A DNA stretch of 64,000 nt from Thermodesulfovibrionales bacterium. Its GTDB lineage: Bacteria > Nitrospirota > Thermodesulfovibrionia > Thermodesulfovibrionales > SM23-35. The stretch is taken from positions 1-64,000 of the forward strand of contig CAVQRT010000014.1 of the NCBI GenBank assembly GCA_963715195.1, in the 5' to 3' direction. Position 1 is the first letter of the stretch. Each line of letters opens with the position of its first letter. Made by a program: the position numbers and the translations under genes. The notes beneath the pieces were generated by a model. The model was not told the DNA's origin, did no database searches, and saw only the letters and a list, made by a program, of their open reading frames with translations. Positions 7,529 through 17,529 of the stretch are shown in pieces.

Positions 7529-8947
7529 TTTCTTGTCGATACCCATTGCCATCTTGAGATGGACGCCTTTAACCCTGACAGGGAAGAGGTAATCCAAAGG
7601 GCACGCGATGCAGGGATAGGGGCAATTATTACGATCGGATCCGACCTCGCCGGGAACAGGGGAGGCCTTGAACTCTCACAAAAATACGATTTTATTTACT
7701 CAACAGTCGGCTTTCATCCCCATGATGCAAAGGACTTTACCGAGGAAATATTCACCCAGATAAAAGAATGGGCAATTAAATACAAATTCCAAATCCCAAA
7801 TTCCAAAAATCAAACTTCAAATACCAAAAACCAACATAGCAAAGTGGTTGCGATTGGGGAAATAGGACTCGATTATCACTACGACAATTCCCCGCGCGAG
7901 GTTCAGCGCATGGTATTCGGAAAGCAGCTTCGATTAGCGAAAGAACTGGACCTCCCGGTGATAATTCACAGCCGGGAAGCGAAAAAGGATACCCTTGAGA
8001 TCATTATGCATTCTGGAGTGAACCGTGGTGTTTTCCATTGTTTTTCCGGCGACATGGATATGGCAGAGAAGGCGATGGCATTGGGGTTTCATATCTCGAT
8101 TGCCGGCCCTGCGACCTTTAAGAATGCAAAGAGGCTGAGGGAGATCGCTCAGGCATTACCGGATAATTATCTGCTCATCGAAACAGATGCACCATATCTG
8201 ACTCCAGAGCCTTTCAGAGGCAAACGAAACGAACCGTCCTATCTTGTCCATACTGCACAGGCAATTGCAGCCTTAAGGGGCGTCAGCCTCGAGGATGTGT
8301 CGCGGATTACCACCCTGAATGCAAAGCTGCTTTTCAGAATCGGCGGGATGCCGGATCAGAGGAAAATTGCCTACCAGATACGGGACAGTCTCTATCTCAA
8401 CATCACAAACCGGTGCACCAACCGCTGCTCCTTCTGTATCAGGTTCCAATCGGATTATGTCAAAGGTCACAATCTGAGGCTTACGGATGAACCTTCTGAA
8501 GATGAGCTGAAACAGGCCATCGGGGCTCCGGGCCGGTATAAAGAGATTGTCTTTTGCGGTTTTGGGGAGCCGTTAATCAGACTTGAGGTAGTAAAAAACA
8601 TCGCCCAATGGGTCAAGGAGAACAAAGGGCGTGTCAGAATCGATACAAACGGGCAAGGGAACCTGATACACGGAAGAAATATCCTGCCTGAATTGCAGGG
8701 TATTGTCGACAGCATGTCGATAAGCCTCAATGCCCAGAACAAGGAACTATACGATGCTGTCTGCCGACCATCCTTCCCGGATGCATATGACGGGGTACTC
8801 TCTTTCATTAGGGAAGCACAGAAGGTAATCCCTCACGTACAGGTTACGGTCGTCGCGATTCCCGGTGTTGATGTAGGAAGATGCAGGGAGATCGCGAAGG
8901 AATTAGGCGTAGATCTCAGGGTGAGAGAGCTTGATGTTGTTGGGTGA
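7505..8947 (+). CDS. tatD: TatD-family DNase fused to a TatD-associated radical SAM domain
   Basis: DTHCH, GEIGLDY, IIHSR, ETDAPYL followed by YLNITNRCTNRCSFC (CxxxCxxC) and VFCGFGEP. Confidence 0.9.
   Translation: MNPRTLESFLVDTHCHLEMDAFNPDREEVIQRARDAGIGAIITIGSDLAGNRGGLELSQKYDFIYSTVGFHPHDAKDFTEEIFTQIKEWAIKYKFQIPNSKNQTSNTKNQHSKVVAIGEIGLDYHYDNSPREVQRMVFGKQLRLAKELDLPVIIHSREAKKDTLEIIMHSGVNRGVFHCFSGDMDMAEKAMALGFHISIAGPATFKNAKRLREIAQALPDNYLLIETDAPYLTPEPFRGKRNEPSYLVHTAQAIAALRGVSLEDVSRITTLNAKLLFRIGGMPDQRKIAYQIRDSLYLNITNRCTNRCSFCIRFQSDYVKGHNLRLTDEPSEDELKQAIGAPGRYKEIVFCGFGEPLIRLEVVKNIAQWVKENKGRVRIDTNGQGNLIHGRNILPELQGIVDSMSISLNAQNKELYDAVCRPSFPDAYDGVLSFIREAQKVIPHVQVTVVAIPGVDVGRCREIAKELGVDLRVRELDVVG
7784..7832 (+). 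repeat. degenerate heptamer array inside the tatD coding sequence
   Basis: AAATTCC AAATCCC AAATTCC AAAAATC AAACTTC AAATACC AAAAACC; encodes KFQIPNSKNQTSNTKN. Confidence 0.75.
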
Positions 8948-9482
8948 TCGTTCGGAATGTTAGCCAGTCTCCAATTGTAATCCCATGTTTATCACAAAAT
9001 CCAGCATTGACCTCAACGACATATTTCGCATTCTTTATAGACCGGATAGCATTATACGATAATGGTTCTGTCTTTTTGGATATTTTTATGACCTGCTTTT
9101 TCTCGTCAGCAAAGATGATATCGAGCGGGATATAGGTATTTCTCATCCAGAAGGAGAGCGGTCCAGATTGCTCAAAGATAAATAACATCCCCGCGTTATC
9201 AGGCAGGGATCGCCGGTTCATCAAACCTCGCGTTCTCTCAAAGTCGTTATCAGCTATCTCGATATCAATTTTTGTGATTTCCTTCCGGTTTTTCTCCCCG
9301 AGGAAGATTAGTTCACCTTCTTTAGTAAACTGAGGGGATTCTGCCGCAATGGCGGATGGAGTGAAGAAGCGCTGGGCATTTACCTTTGAGCATCCGGAGA
9401 AGAGGGAGTGATGATGGACAAAAAAGGCGAGGAGGCAAAAGATGATCGCGATGAAAGCAGGGGTTTTGATTTTTCTTAGCAT
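8916..9482 (-). CDS. DUF192-family exported protein
   Basis: EIAD..RTRGLM.R..L...GMLFIF..SFWMRNTYIPLDIIF..VVEVNAG; start moved to MLRKIK, followed by a hydrophobic signal. Confidence 0.85.
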   Translation of the reverse strand: MLRKIKTPAFIAIIFCLLAFFVHHHSLFSGCSKVNAQRFFTPSAIAAESPQFTKEGELIFLGEKNRKEITKIDIEIADNDFERTRGLMNRRSLPDNAGMLFIFEQSGPLSFWMRNTYIPLDIIFADEKKQVIKISKKTEPLSYNAIRSIKNAKYVVEVNAGFCDKHGITIGDWLTFRTITQQHQALSP

Positions 9483-9530
9483 ATATTGCTTACAAAAGTG
9501 GCTGAGTCCATGAGTCGTATAAATTCTTGT

Positions 9531-9601
9531 GTCATTCCCCGACGTGATCGGGGAATCCATTTTTATTAATTCTGGATTGTCCGGTCAGGCCGGACAATGA
9601 C
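9531..9601. repeat. REP-like double-palindrome element
   Basis: GTCATTCCCCGACGTGATCGGGGAATCCA ... TGGATTGTCCGGTCAGGCCGGACAATGAC; two hairpins with mutually inverted ends. Confidence 0.75.
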
Positions 9602-9630
9602 AACACATACTTTCTGCGCAGTACGCTGCC

Positions 9631-9675
9631 AAACAAAAACCGGACTGCCTATTATCTAACCTGTCAGCAGTCCGG
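9631..9675 (-). terminator. intrinsic terminator after the dsbA-like gene
   Basis: CCGGACTGC / GCAGTCCGG stem followed by TTTTTGTTT on the minus strand; the loop is long. Confidence 0.55.
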
Positions 9676-9753
9676 CCATTCCATTCGGTACCCGAAACTT
9701 TCCTATCCCTGTCTTCAAAAAAAAATTACACTTTGCCGAAATACCCTATTGTG

Positions 9754-10521
9754 CTACTCCTTGTCAGGATTGAGAAGCTTATCGATCGAGGCCTTGAAAG
9801 CAGCATACGGCTGAGCACCTTTCACGATATCTACAGCTTTCACGCTTTTAGCGTCCTCCTGGACCCATCCCAAAAGCGAAGATGGTGTTCCTCTAACGCC
9901 GGCCTTCTGCCCCTCTGACATATCTTTCTTAATCTCATCAGCAGTTTTTCCGCTGTCGAGACATTCCTTGAATTTTGGCATGTCCAAACCAAGCCCTTCA
10001 GCATACTTTACCAGGTCCTCAGGATTCAGGGCTTTTTGGTTTTCGAAGAGCTTGTCGTGCATCTCCCAGAATTTTCCCTGGTCTCCGGCACAGGCACCTG
10101 CTTCAGCGGCCTTGAAAGCCTGCTTGTGGAACCCGAGCGGAAAGTCGAGGAAGTAGTATCTGATTTTGCCTGTATCGACATACTCTTTGACAATCTGCGA
10201 GACCGTCTCACGGACGTGTCGAGAACAGAAAGGTCACTGGTAATCAGAAAACTCGATGACTGCGAGTTTGGCATCTTTGCTACCCTTGAAAGGATCCCCG
10301 TCGACATTGACGACGGTCTCCTTGAATTCGGCAGGCGCCGGTCTTGCCGTGATCTGTTTTTTGATTGTCGCGATTTCTTTTTGGATTGCCTGCTGACCTT
10401 TCTTCAATGCCTTGATGTCGGTCTTGATGGTGTCAATTTCTTTGCTACTCTGAGAAAATGCGGTTTGTGCGCTGAGGAGAAAAAGAATAACCAGCGCGGG
10501 TAAAACAAAAATATTTTTCAT
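9754..10521 (-). CDS. exported DsbA/thioredoxin-fold oxidoreductase, probable selenoprotein (UxxC), 255 aa
   Basis: ORFs 10234-10521 and 9754-10062 share one frame, interrupted only by TGA at 10236-10234: EFSDYQ-U-PFCSRH...DFPLGFH..A..AAEA..CA..QGKFWEMHDKLF...GVRGTP. Confidence 0.88.
10194..10233 (-). promoter_or_regulatory. candidate bacterial SECIS element
   Basis: GAC-A-CGUC-[CGUGA]-GACG-GUC upper stem; apical loop begins 21 nt after the UGA with G at loop position 2; lower UCUG/CAGA pairing. Confidence 0.6.
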
Positions 10522-10688
10522 GCATGCTCCTTCCTGATAATTTTATTTGAAATAGTTTATAAGAAAATGAAGCAGAAGGGAAGAGAAAATGAAAGTTTCA
10601 ACAAAGGCTGGTGTCCGGGTATGTTTTTCACGAACATGCTTCTATTCAAGGTCGAAAGTGGTATACTGTATGACAGGAGATCCCTGGA

Positions 10689-11451
10689 ATGATTGAGAAT
10701 GTTAAGATTGATTTTCTTCAAAACATACAACTTTTTTCTTCTCTCGCAGAACATGAACTGCAACAGATAGCCGACAAAATACGGATAGAAGAGTTCAGAA
10801 AGAATCAGATTGTTCTTCGCGAGGAAGATACCAATGAATACATGTACATCATTCTGGACGGACAGGTGAAGGTTATTCAGGCAACAGAAGATGGCAAGGA
10901 GATACTCCTTGCCATTCATAAGACCCACGATTTTTTTGGCGAAGTTTCGCTGATTGACGGTATGACGGCTCCGGCAACCGTACAGGCGTCGGAAGATTCT
11001 TTTATCGCATTTATTTCAAAAAAGGATTTTTATGCCCTGCTCTCCGCCCAGAGCAAGGTGCTTGAAAAGTTGCTGGAGATCTTGTGCGCGCGTCTCCGCG
11101 ATTCATGGAAGCGGATATACCTTCTGAATTTCAAACACGCCTCAGACAGGGTCAAAACATTGTTTCTTGTCTCTTTCATTTGAAAACGGCACCCGGACAC
11201 CAGAAGGCATCGTGATTGACCTCAAGCTTACGCATCAGGAAATCGCCGACATGACTGGCTTGACACGGGAATCCGTTACCCGTGTGCTCGATAAATTGCA
11301 GAAAGACGGTGAAATAACCGTGCTGAAGAACAGGCGGATATGCCTGAGTCAGAAGTTCATAAAGAAGAAGCACGGATGGAAAAAGAGAAAAAAAGGGGTT
11401 AGCGGAGCAGGAAAAAGGTCCAGGCAGGAGGCACCCCGAGCGCTGCAATGA
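10689..11451 (+). pseudogene. Crp/Fnr-family transcriptional regulator, one frameshift near 11165-11175 (real or assembly error)
   Basis: The cNMP-binding domain (FFGEVSLIDG) in ORF 10689-11183 continues as the HTH LTHQEIADMTGLTRESVTRVL in ORF 11167-11451. Confidence 0.8.
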
Positions 11452-11676
11452 TCTTTTCGACCGGGTTTAGGCGCTGACTCCTCACAATGAAGTACATGCT
11501 GATTGGGGATGTGAGAAAGCAGGCGGTGAAAAAACCCATATGGGGATGCGCGTCTTTTGTGAAGGTTTATGGTAATACCCGCTGCATACTGGGCATTCAA
11601 TTTCTCCGTTGAGCCTCTGTCCGCATCGTGCACATCGCGTGATACCGAGCGCCTCATCCAGGTCATCCTGGTGCAT
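11399..11676 (-). CDS. small zinc-ribbon membrane protein, apparent 1-nt deletion in the homopolymer at 11529-11534
   Basis: CARC..CPVC; adding one T gives IPIWVFFTACFLTSPISMYFIV...WTFFLLR-stop. Confidence 0.5.
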
Positions 11677-11693
11677 GAGGAATATTATACATA

Positions 11694-11854
11694 GAATTCG
11701 AGGATCCGTGGATTCAGTGGGCCGAGGGTTTAAGTGCGAATTGATAATAATTATGACTCATTGAATGATAATTATTTAGTTTTATATATGTTCTTTATAA
11801 CGACTCTGTTTCAAAATTTCACTTGGATCCTTGGATCCTTCACCCCTCGAACCC
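11694..11854. repeat. octamer tandem-repeat element with inverted arms and an AT-rich spacer
   Basis: GAATTCGA GGATCCGT GGATTCAG TGGGCCGA GGGTTTAA GTG ... CAC TTGGATCC TTGGATCC TTCACCCC TCGAACCC. Confidence 0.75.
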
Positions 11855-11864
11855 TTTTATATGT

Positions 11865-12542
11865 ATGCGTATTCTTTTAGTTGAAGACGAAAGAAACGTG
11901 GCTGCCTTCATTCTGCAGGGGCTTGAGGAAGAAGCCTATACTGTTGACGTTGCGCGTGATGGATCTGAAGGTTTCCTGATGGCAACGGAAACCGCCTATG
12001 ATCTCATTATTCTGGATATCATGCTTCCTGCGATGGACGGGATAGCATTGTGCAAAAAACTCCGGGGTCAAGGTGTCATGAAACCGATTCTGATGCTTAC
12101 CGCAGTCGATACGCTTGAAAGAAAGGTTGAGGGGCTGGAAAGCGGTGCGGATGATTACCTCGTCAAACCATTTGCTTTTTCCGAACTGCTGGCACGGATG
12201 AAGGCGTTGCTCAGAAGAGCACCGGATATAGTCAGTGAACTTTCCCTTGACGACCTGAGGGTGGATCTCCTCGCGCGGCGTGTATTCAGGGGCAAGAGGG
12301 AACTGGCGCTCACGCAAAAAGAATTCTCCCTTCTCGAATACCTGCTGAGAAACAAAGGCAGGGTTCTGTCGAGAACGCAGATCATCGGAAATGTCTGGGG
12401 ATATGATTTTGCGCCGGGCACAAACATCGTTGACGTACAGATTAAGTCATTGCGTGAAAAGGTTGATGCGGGTTTTGACAGGAAGCTCATCCATACCGTT
12501 AGGGGTACCGGATATATCATGAAGGCTGACAGTGATTTTTAA
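11865..12542 (+). CDS. OmpR/CusR-type response regulator
   Basis: MRILLVEDE, DLIILDIMLP, GADDYLVKPF, TNIVDVQI, IHTVRGTGY. Confidence 0.92.
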   Translation: MRILLVEDERNVAAFILQGLEEEAYTVDVARDGSEGFLMATETAYDLIILDIMLPAMDGIALCKKLRGQGVMKPILMLTAVDTLERKVEGLESGADDYLVKPFAFSELLARMKALLRRAPDIVSELSLDDLRVDLLARRVFRGKRELALTQKEFSLLEYLLRNKGRVLSRTQIIGNVWGYDFAPGTNIVDVQIKSLREKVDAGFDRKLIHTVRGTGYIMKADSDF

Positions 12543-13897
12543 AACCTTCCGGTCGTGGTTTGTTTTCGTATCATCTGCGGCGCTCTTTCTTCTGATCATC
12601 GTTTTCGCAGTCTTCATCTATGTTTCCCACAGCAGGACTCTCATGGAAGGAATTGATAAATCCCTTCTTGAAGCTGCCAGGCAGGGTGCCGCCGGTGAGC
12701 ATACTTCCGATCCGGATATAAGCGTTGAACTCCTCAAGATCGTCAACAGTGAGTTTTACCAGCTTGTGAGTAGTCAGGGGAAGGTGACGATTGTGCGTCT
12801 CGACAACAGTTATCCCTGGCCGGTGAACAGTCAATTAATCGAACGTGCGCTGCAAGGCAAGCCCGAGTTTGAAACTTTTCAGCATAACTTTGAGAATTTC
12901 CGGATACTCTATTATCCCGTTGACATGGATACCGTGGTAAGGGTAAGAACGTCCCAGGAAGGTCTCGACCGCACTGTTGCCGCATTAAAAAAACTCTTCA
13001 TCTTTTCCTTGCCGCCTTTGTTAGTGATCGTCCTGTTGCTCAACTGGGTTTTCGCGGGCAGGATGCTTGATCCTGTGAGGAAGGTGAAATCACTTGCTGA
13101 ACAGATCAGGCTCGGGAGATGGGATAAGCGGTTATCACTTGAATCACAGGGCGAAGAAATTAATGAAATCGCGATGCTTCTCAACGATGCGGTCGAAAAT
13201 ATCCAGCGGTCCGTGGAGGCTCAGAAGCGTTTTACTGCTGATGTGTCCCACGAAATCAGGTCTCCCCTTACCTCGTTGAGAGGCAGCATAGAAGTTGCAC
13301 TGCGAAAATTGAGAGCCCCGGAAGAGTATGAGGAGGTACTACGGAATAATTTGACCGACGTAATCCGTCTGACGCGACTCACTGATAATCTCTTGTTTCT
13401 CTCACGGGCCGATAACAAAATACTCGCGCTGAGAAGACAGTGGTTTGATGTCAACCACATGCTGGGCGATGTCGTTAATGGCCTGCGAGGGAGAAAGCCA
13501 TGCATGAAGGGATTACCATCGTAGAGGACTATCAGCACGAAATTGAGTTGAACGGCGATATCGAGCTCCTCGAACAGGCATTCTCGAATCTCATCGAGAA
13601 TGCAATAAAATACACCCCCCGCAGAGGTAGTATTAGCATAAAATCGAGTGTGGAAGGCGATGTCGTCAGAATGTCAGTCAGTGATACGGGTATTGGGATC
13701 CCGGAAGATCAGATCCCCCATATATTCGAGCGCTTTTACCGGGGGAACAAAGAGCAGGCGAGAAGACGCGGGGGACCGGGCTGGGCCTTGCCATAACGCA
13801 CTGGATTGTTAAGGCGCATAACGGAGACATCACCGTGAGGAGCAAAGTCGGTCAGGAGACTGAATTTACTGTCTCAATTCCCAAAATGCCTGACTGA
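12532..13897 (+). pseudogene. HAMP-HisKA-HATPase sensor kinase (CusS-like), two frameshifts (~13490 and the G-run at 13770-13774)
   Basis: The H box DVSHEIRSP, the N box NLIENAIKY with SDTGIGI, and GTGLGLAITHWIVKAHNG..MPD-stop lie in three successive frames. Confidence 0.82.
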
Positions 13898-14076
13898 TCT
13901 TAACATAGAAATATCTTTTTAAATTTGAAATTCTGCCGTATAGAGCATTCTCAGATATCGATACTTGTAAGATCTATATTTAGCTTCAACTGAATCCAGC
14001 GAAAAGAATTACCCATCTCTTATAAACAGGCGGATAGACGTAGAAATCACGATAACCGCTAAGTGTCTGAAGGAAT

Positions 14077-15636
14077 TTATTCGGGCACGTCCATAGAGCA
14101 ACGGAAACCGAAATCTCCCTCACGGTACCCTCTGTACCCAAAGTTACGACAGGAGGCACTCAGGACTGTGGGGCGACTGTCCCATGATCCCCCCCGTACC
14201 ACATGAGCCCGCCCAGTGCGGGGGCCTTTGGGATCAATCCTGGGACTGACCTCATAATATTTGGGATCGTACCAGTTCTCAACCCACTCCCAGACGTTTC
14301 CCCCCATGTCTAGTAGACCAGCTCTCCGCTAGGGTGTGTTCCCACGGATTCCGTCGCGATATAGCCAGTTGTGCAAACACAGCTCGTTTATGATTTGGTT
14401 CCTCGTTCCCCCACGGGTACTTTCTGCCATCCGTCCCGCGAGCCGCTTTCTCCCTCTCCGCCTCTGTGGGAAGACAGGCCACACCCACTCACAATAAGCC
14501 TTCACTTCCTCCCACGTAACAAAGACAGCCGGCTGGTACGTTCCCCAATAGGGCGGGTTTGGAGGAAGGGACGCTCCCGTCGCTCTTGCAAACTTCTTGA
14601 ACTGGCCCCAAGTCACACCGGTCTTGTCCATCAGGAACCGACACGTGGACCTTGTGTTCCAGAGGTTTCCCTTCGGTTTCCGGGTTGCCCATCAGGAACT
14701 CGCCAGCAGGAATTTTAACTACAACAGCTTCATCCATTTCACGCCGATATTCTTCGTAGCCTTGGTCGTTCTTACCGAGGAATACGAGATGGTAAGGGTC
14801 TGCACTACGCACTAACTTCGGGAGCTTCAGTGAGACCATGGCTATACGATTCCGTTCGACGCGCACAATCCTGTAAATCTCATGCCCGGAGGAATCGCGC
14901 GCCGATACCTCGTGGTTTCCTACGATAATATTTGTGAGAACCCTCTCCTTGCCATTTGTCACTCTGCCCACCACACCTCCATCGAGAAAGAGTTCAGCGC
15001 CGTCAAGGTCAGAAGAAACCGAGATCGCACCGTAGGCTGCGGTCCCCTTTTCTCGGATAGCTCAACACTGATTCTGATCATAGCTTCGTGAAGCTTGAAA
15101 ACTTCCATCCCTTTTTTGTCTTCCATAATCAGGGGAGGAAGACGGTTCCTCTCCACAAAAAAGAAGGTGCGTTTCTCTGCAGATTGCTTGTACATAGGCT
15201 CCCCTATCTGACTGAATTCCAGCTTCTGAATAGAGAGCAATATACTCACTTGGAAAAGCTTCTCAGGGCCGAGCCGTCGAGACTGATGCCATCGCGGATA
15301 TCGTCGCTATCAGGTAAGGAGGCTCAAACGAACTTCCAGGACGTACTTTATCCCTTTCGAAGGAACCGTTCCCGCAATGAATCGCATTATCAATACCTTC
15401 CCAGCCACTTTGAGGATTCAGCTTTGCCTCCCCGATTGTTATCCACCACTCTGTCTGCTTGCCAGTCTGGACTTCATCGAGGCATCACACCTCGGCCTAC
15501 TAATTCCATTTAGGGAATTCCCGAACGCTTCCATCGTCACGTTGACGTTGTAAACAGGTGCTGCGGATGAACCGCTACACAGTAACAAGATCCAAACGGC
15601 AATTATCATCAAGATGATAAGCAACTCATGTCGCAA
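14077..15636 (-). pseudogene. secreted PEGA + FGE-sulfatase (SUMF1) domain protein, copy B, heavily disrupted
   Basis: Signal peptide [70 protein letters not shown] spread over several frames. Confidence 0.75.
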
Positions 15637-15654
15637 TCCTTCCTATCCAGGTAA

Positions 15655-17230
15655 TCATTGCGGAACCTCTTGGACGCAACGGAAACCATAAACGACATTT
15701 CGCCAAAACGGATCACTCTTATAACGGTAAGAGATTTGCAGCCATGCCAACATGCTGTGCCAGGAAGCCCACGCAAAACGCGTTGAGTACCAGTCTCAGG
15801 CCCCTTAGGGTTCCGTATAGATTCATTGGAATAACTGTCAGCGTACCAGTCAGCACACCACTCCCAGACGCCCCCCGCCATGTCTACCATCCCATACGGA
15901 CTGAGACAGTCCGCAAAACTACCTACGCTTTCGGGCCGGTGAGGTCCTCCCTCTAAAGAATTACACCGGTCCGCGTCCCATTCGTTTCCCACGGGTATTT
16001 CCTCCCGTCTGTGCCTCTGGCAGCCTTCTCCCACTCGGCCTCCGTCGGTAGCCTTCCTCCTACCCACTCGCAATATTCCTTCGCTTCATTGAAGAGAACA
16101 TTACTGACAGCATAGTCATCGGGAGTTCCCCAGAGCGGCTCCGGGGGCGATTTGGCTCCCGTAGCCTCAACAAACTTGCGAAACTGGCGCCAGGTCACCT
16201 CCGTCTTATCCATGAGGAACTCGGAAACGAATACACGACGTTGAGAATGTTCTGTCGGTTCACCCTTGCCTTCTGCACTTCCCATCAGGAACTCGCCTTC
16301 CGGCACCCTGAGACCACTGCGTGTATCTAGTTCTATAGTACTCATCGTAGCCCTGTGGGTTTTTCCCAATAAAGACAAGATTCGGCATTAGAGATTCTAA
16401 CGGTAAGTTCAAGAGGCTGAGAGTGACATTGGCCATCCTATCCTTCTCGACTGTTACCTGTTGCCATGCTGTGCGCCGGGAAAGATCCTTCACGCGCACC
16501 TCGTGTTTTCCAACCAGAACGTTTTTCAAAACGGTGGGAGTCTTTTCCCAGCGTTCTACCCACCGACCCGCCGTCAAGGAGGATGTCCACTCCTGGTACA
16601 TCCGCTATAACTGAATGGTGCCATAGGTTGACTGTACCACCGAGACTCGCGCTCTTAATCGAAGAAACATTGTGAATGTCGAACCGGTTCTTTCCCCTGG
16701 GTCCGCCACAAGAAAGGGAATAATCGCGTCATCTCCTTTGGCAAGGTTGAACTGTCTTTTCTTTTCGCTCAGAGCGTAAGAACAGGCTGACCCTTATCAT
16801 TAAATCCGGAAAATTTCCGAATCAGCAGCTTTGTCTGCAGGTTTGTTTTTTGCGACTGACCAACGGATGGAATTGTCTCAATATCGGCTACAAGGTACGG
16901 GAATCCGACATGAGCGCCTGACTTGTTGAAAGATCCGTTCCCGCAATGAGTATTTGAACTAACAGTTTTCCAACCTTGGTCTTTCTGAGGCTTCACCCTG
17001 CCGAAGGAAATCCACATTTCGTGCTTCTTACCCGATTCAGTCTCATGCTGGGTCTTGCATTCGTCCAACACCGACCCGTCATAGTTGTTCGATATGGCAT
17101 CAATGCCTATGGCGAGTCGTTCTGTGGCTCCAAAAGCAATATACCCTCGGGTGAAGAGGATTGCCGTAAGAAGTAATAGTAATAAGGGAATATTCGAATG
17201 TCGAATTATTGTCATACTCTGCTTGTGCAT
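15655..17230 (-). pseudogene. secreted PEGA + FGE-sulfatase (SUMF1) domain protein, copy A, several frameshifts
   Basis: Hydrophobic N-terminus, [49 protein letters not shown], ending [14 protein letters not shown] at 15657-15655. Confidence 0.78.
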
Positions 17231-17441
17231 GAGAGAGCAAATTTCTAATTTTTCTATATCATGCCATAATGTGATACCAATTTCAAAAAAAATGAAAATC
17301 GTGCGGCCTGAATCTTGCAAAAATGCCTGGGAGACAGATCTGGATATCACGACTGCCTGTTCCGTCGATGATAAATTCAAATACGTTGCCGATGTTTTTT
17401 GTCTCGGTGCATGCACTTGTTCCAGACATAGAGTTCACGAC

Positions 17442-17470
17442 AAAAAAGAGGCCTTCGGATCGAAGGCCTC
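17442..17470 (-). terminator. intrinsic terminator after the Cys-rich gene
   Basis: GAGGCCTTCG-ATC-CGAAGGCCTC followed by TTTTTT on the minus strand. Confidence 0.85.
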
Positions 17471-17529
17471 TCAAATTAAGGGCTGTTTTATTGTTCTACA
17501 ATAAAAGCAACACGAGCATGTAATTGAAA

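Noticed and set aside
14077..17230. Diversity-generating retroelement targeting the FGE-sulfatase C-termini
   Set aside because: No reverse transcriptase or template repeat in the window, and the two 3' ends are broadly diverged rather than differing only at adenines. Remote targeting cannot be excluded
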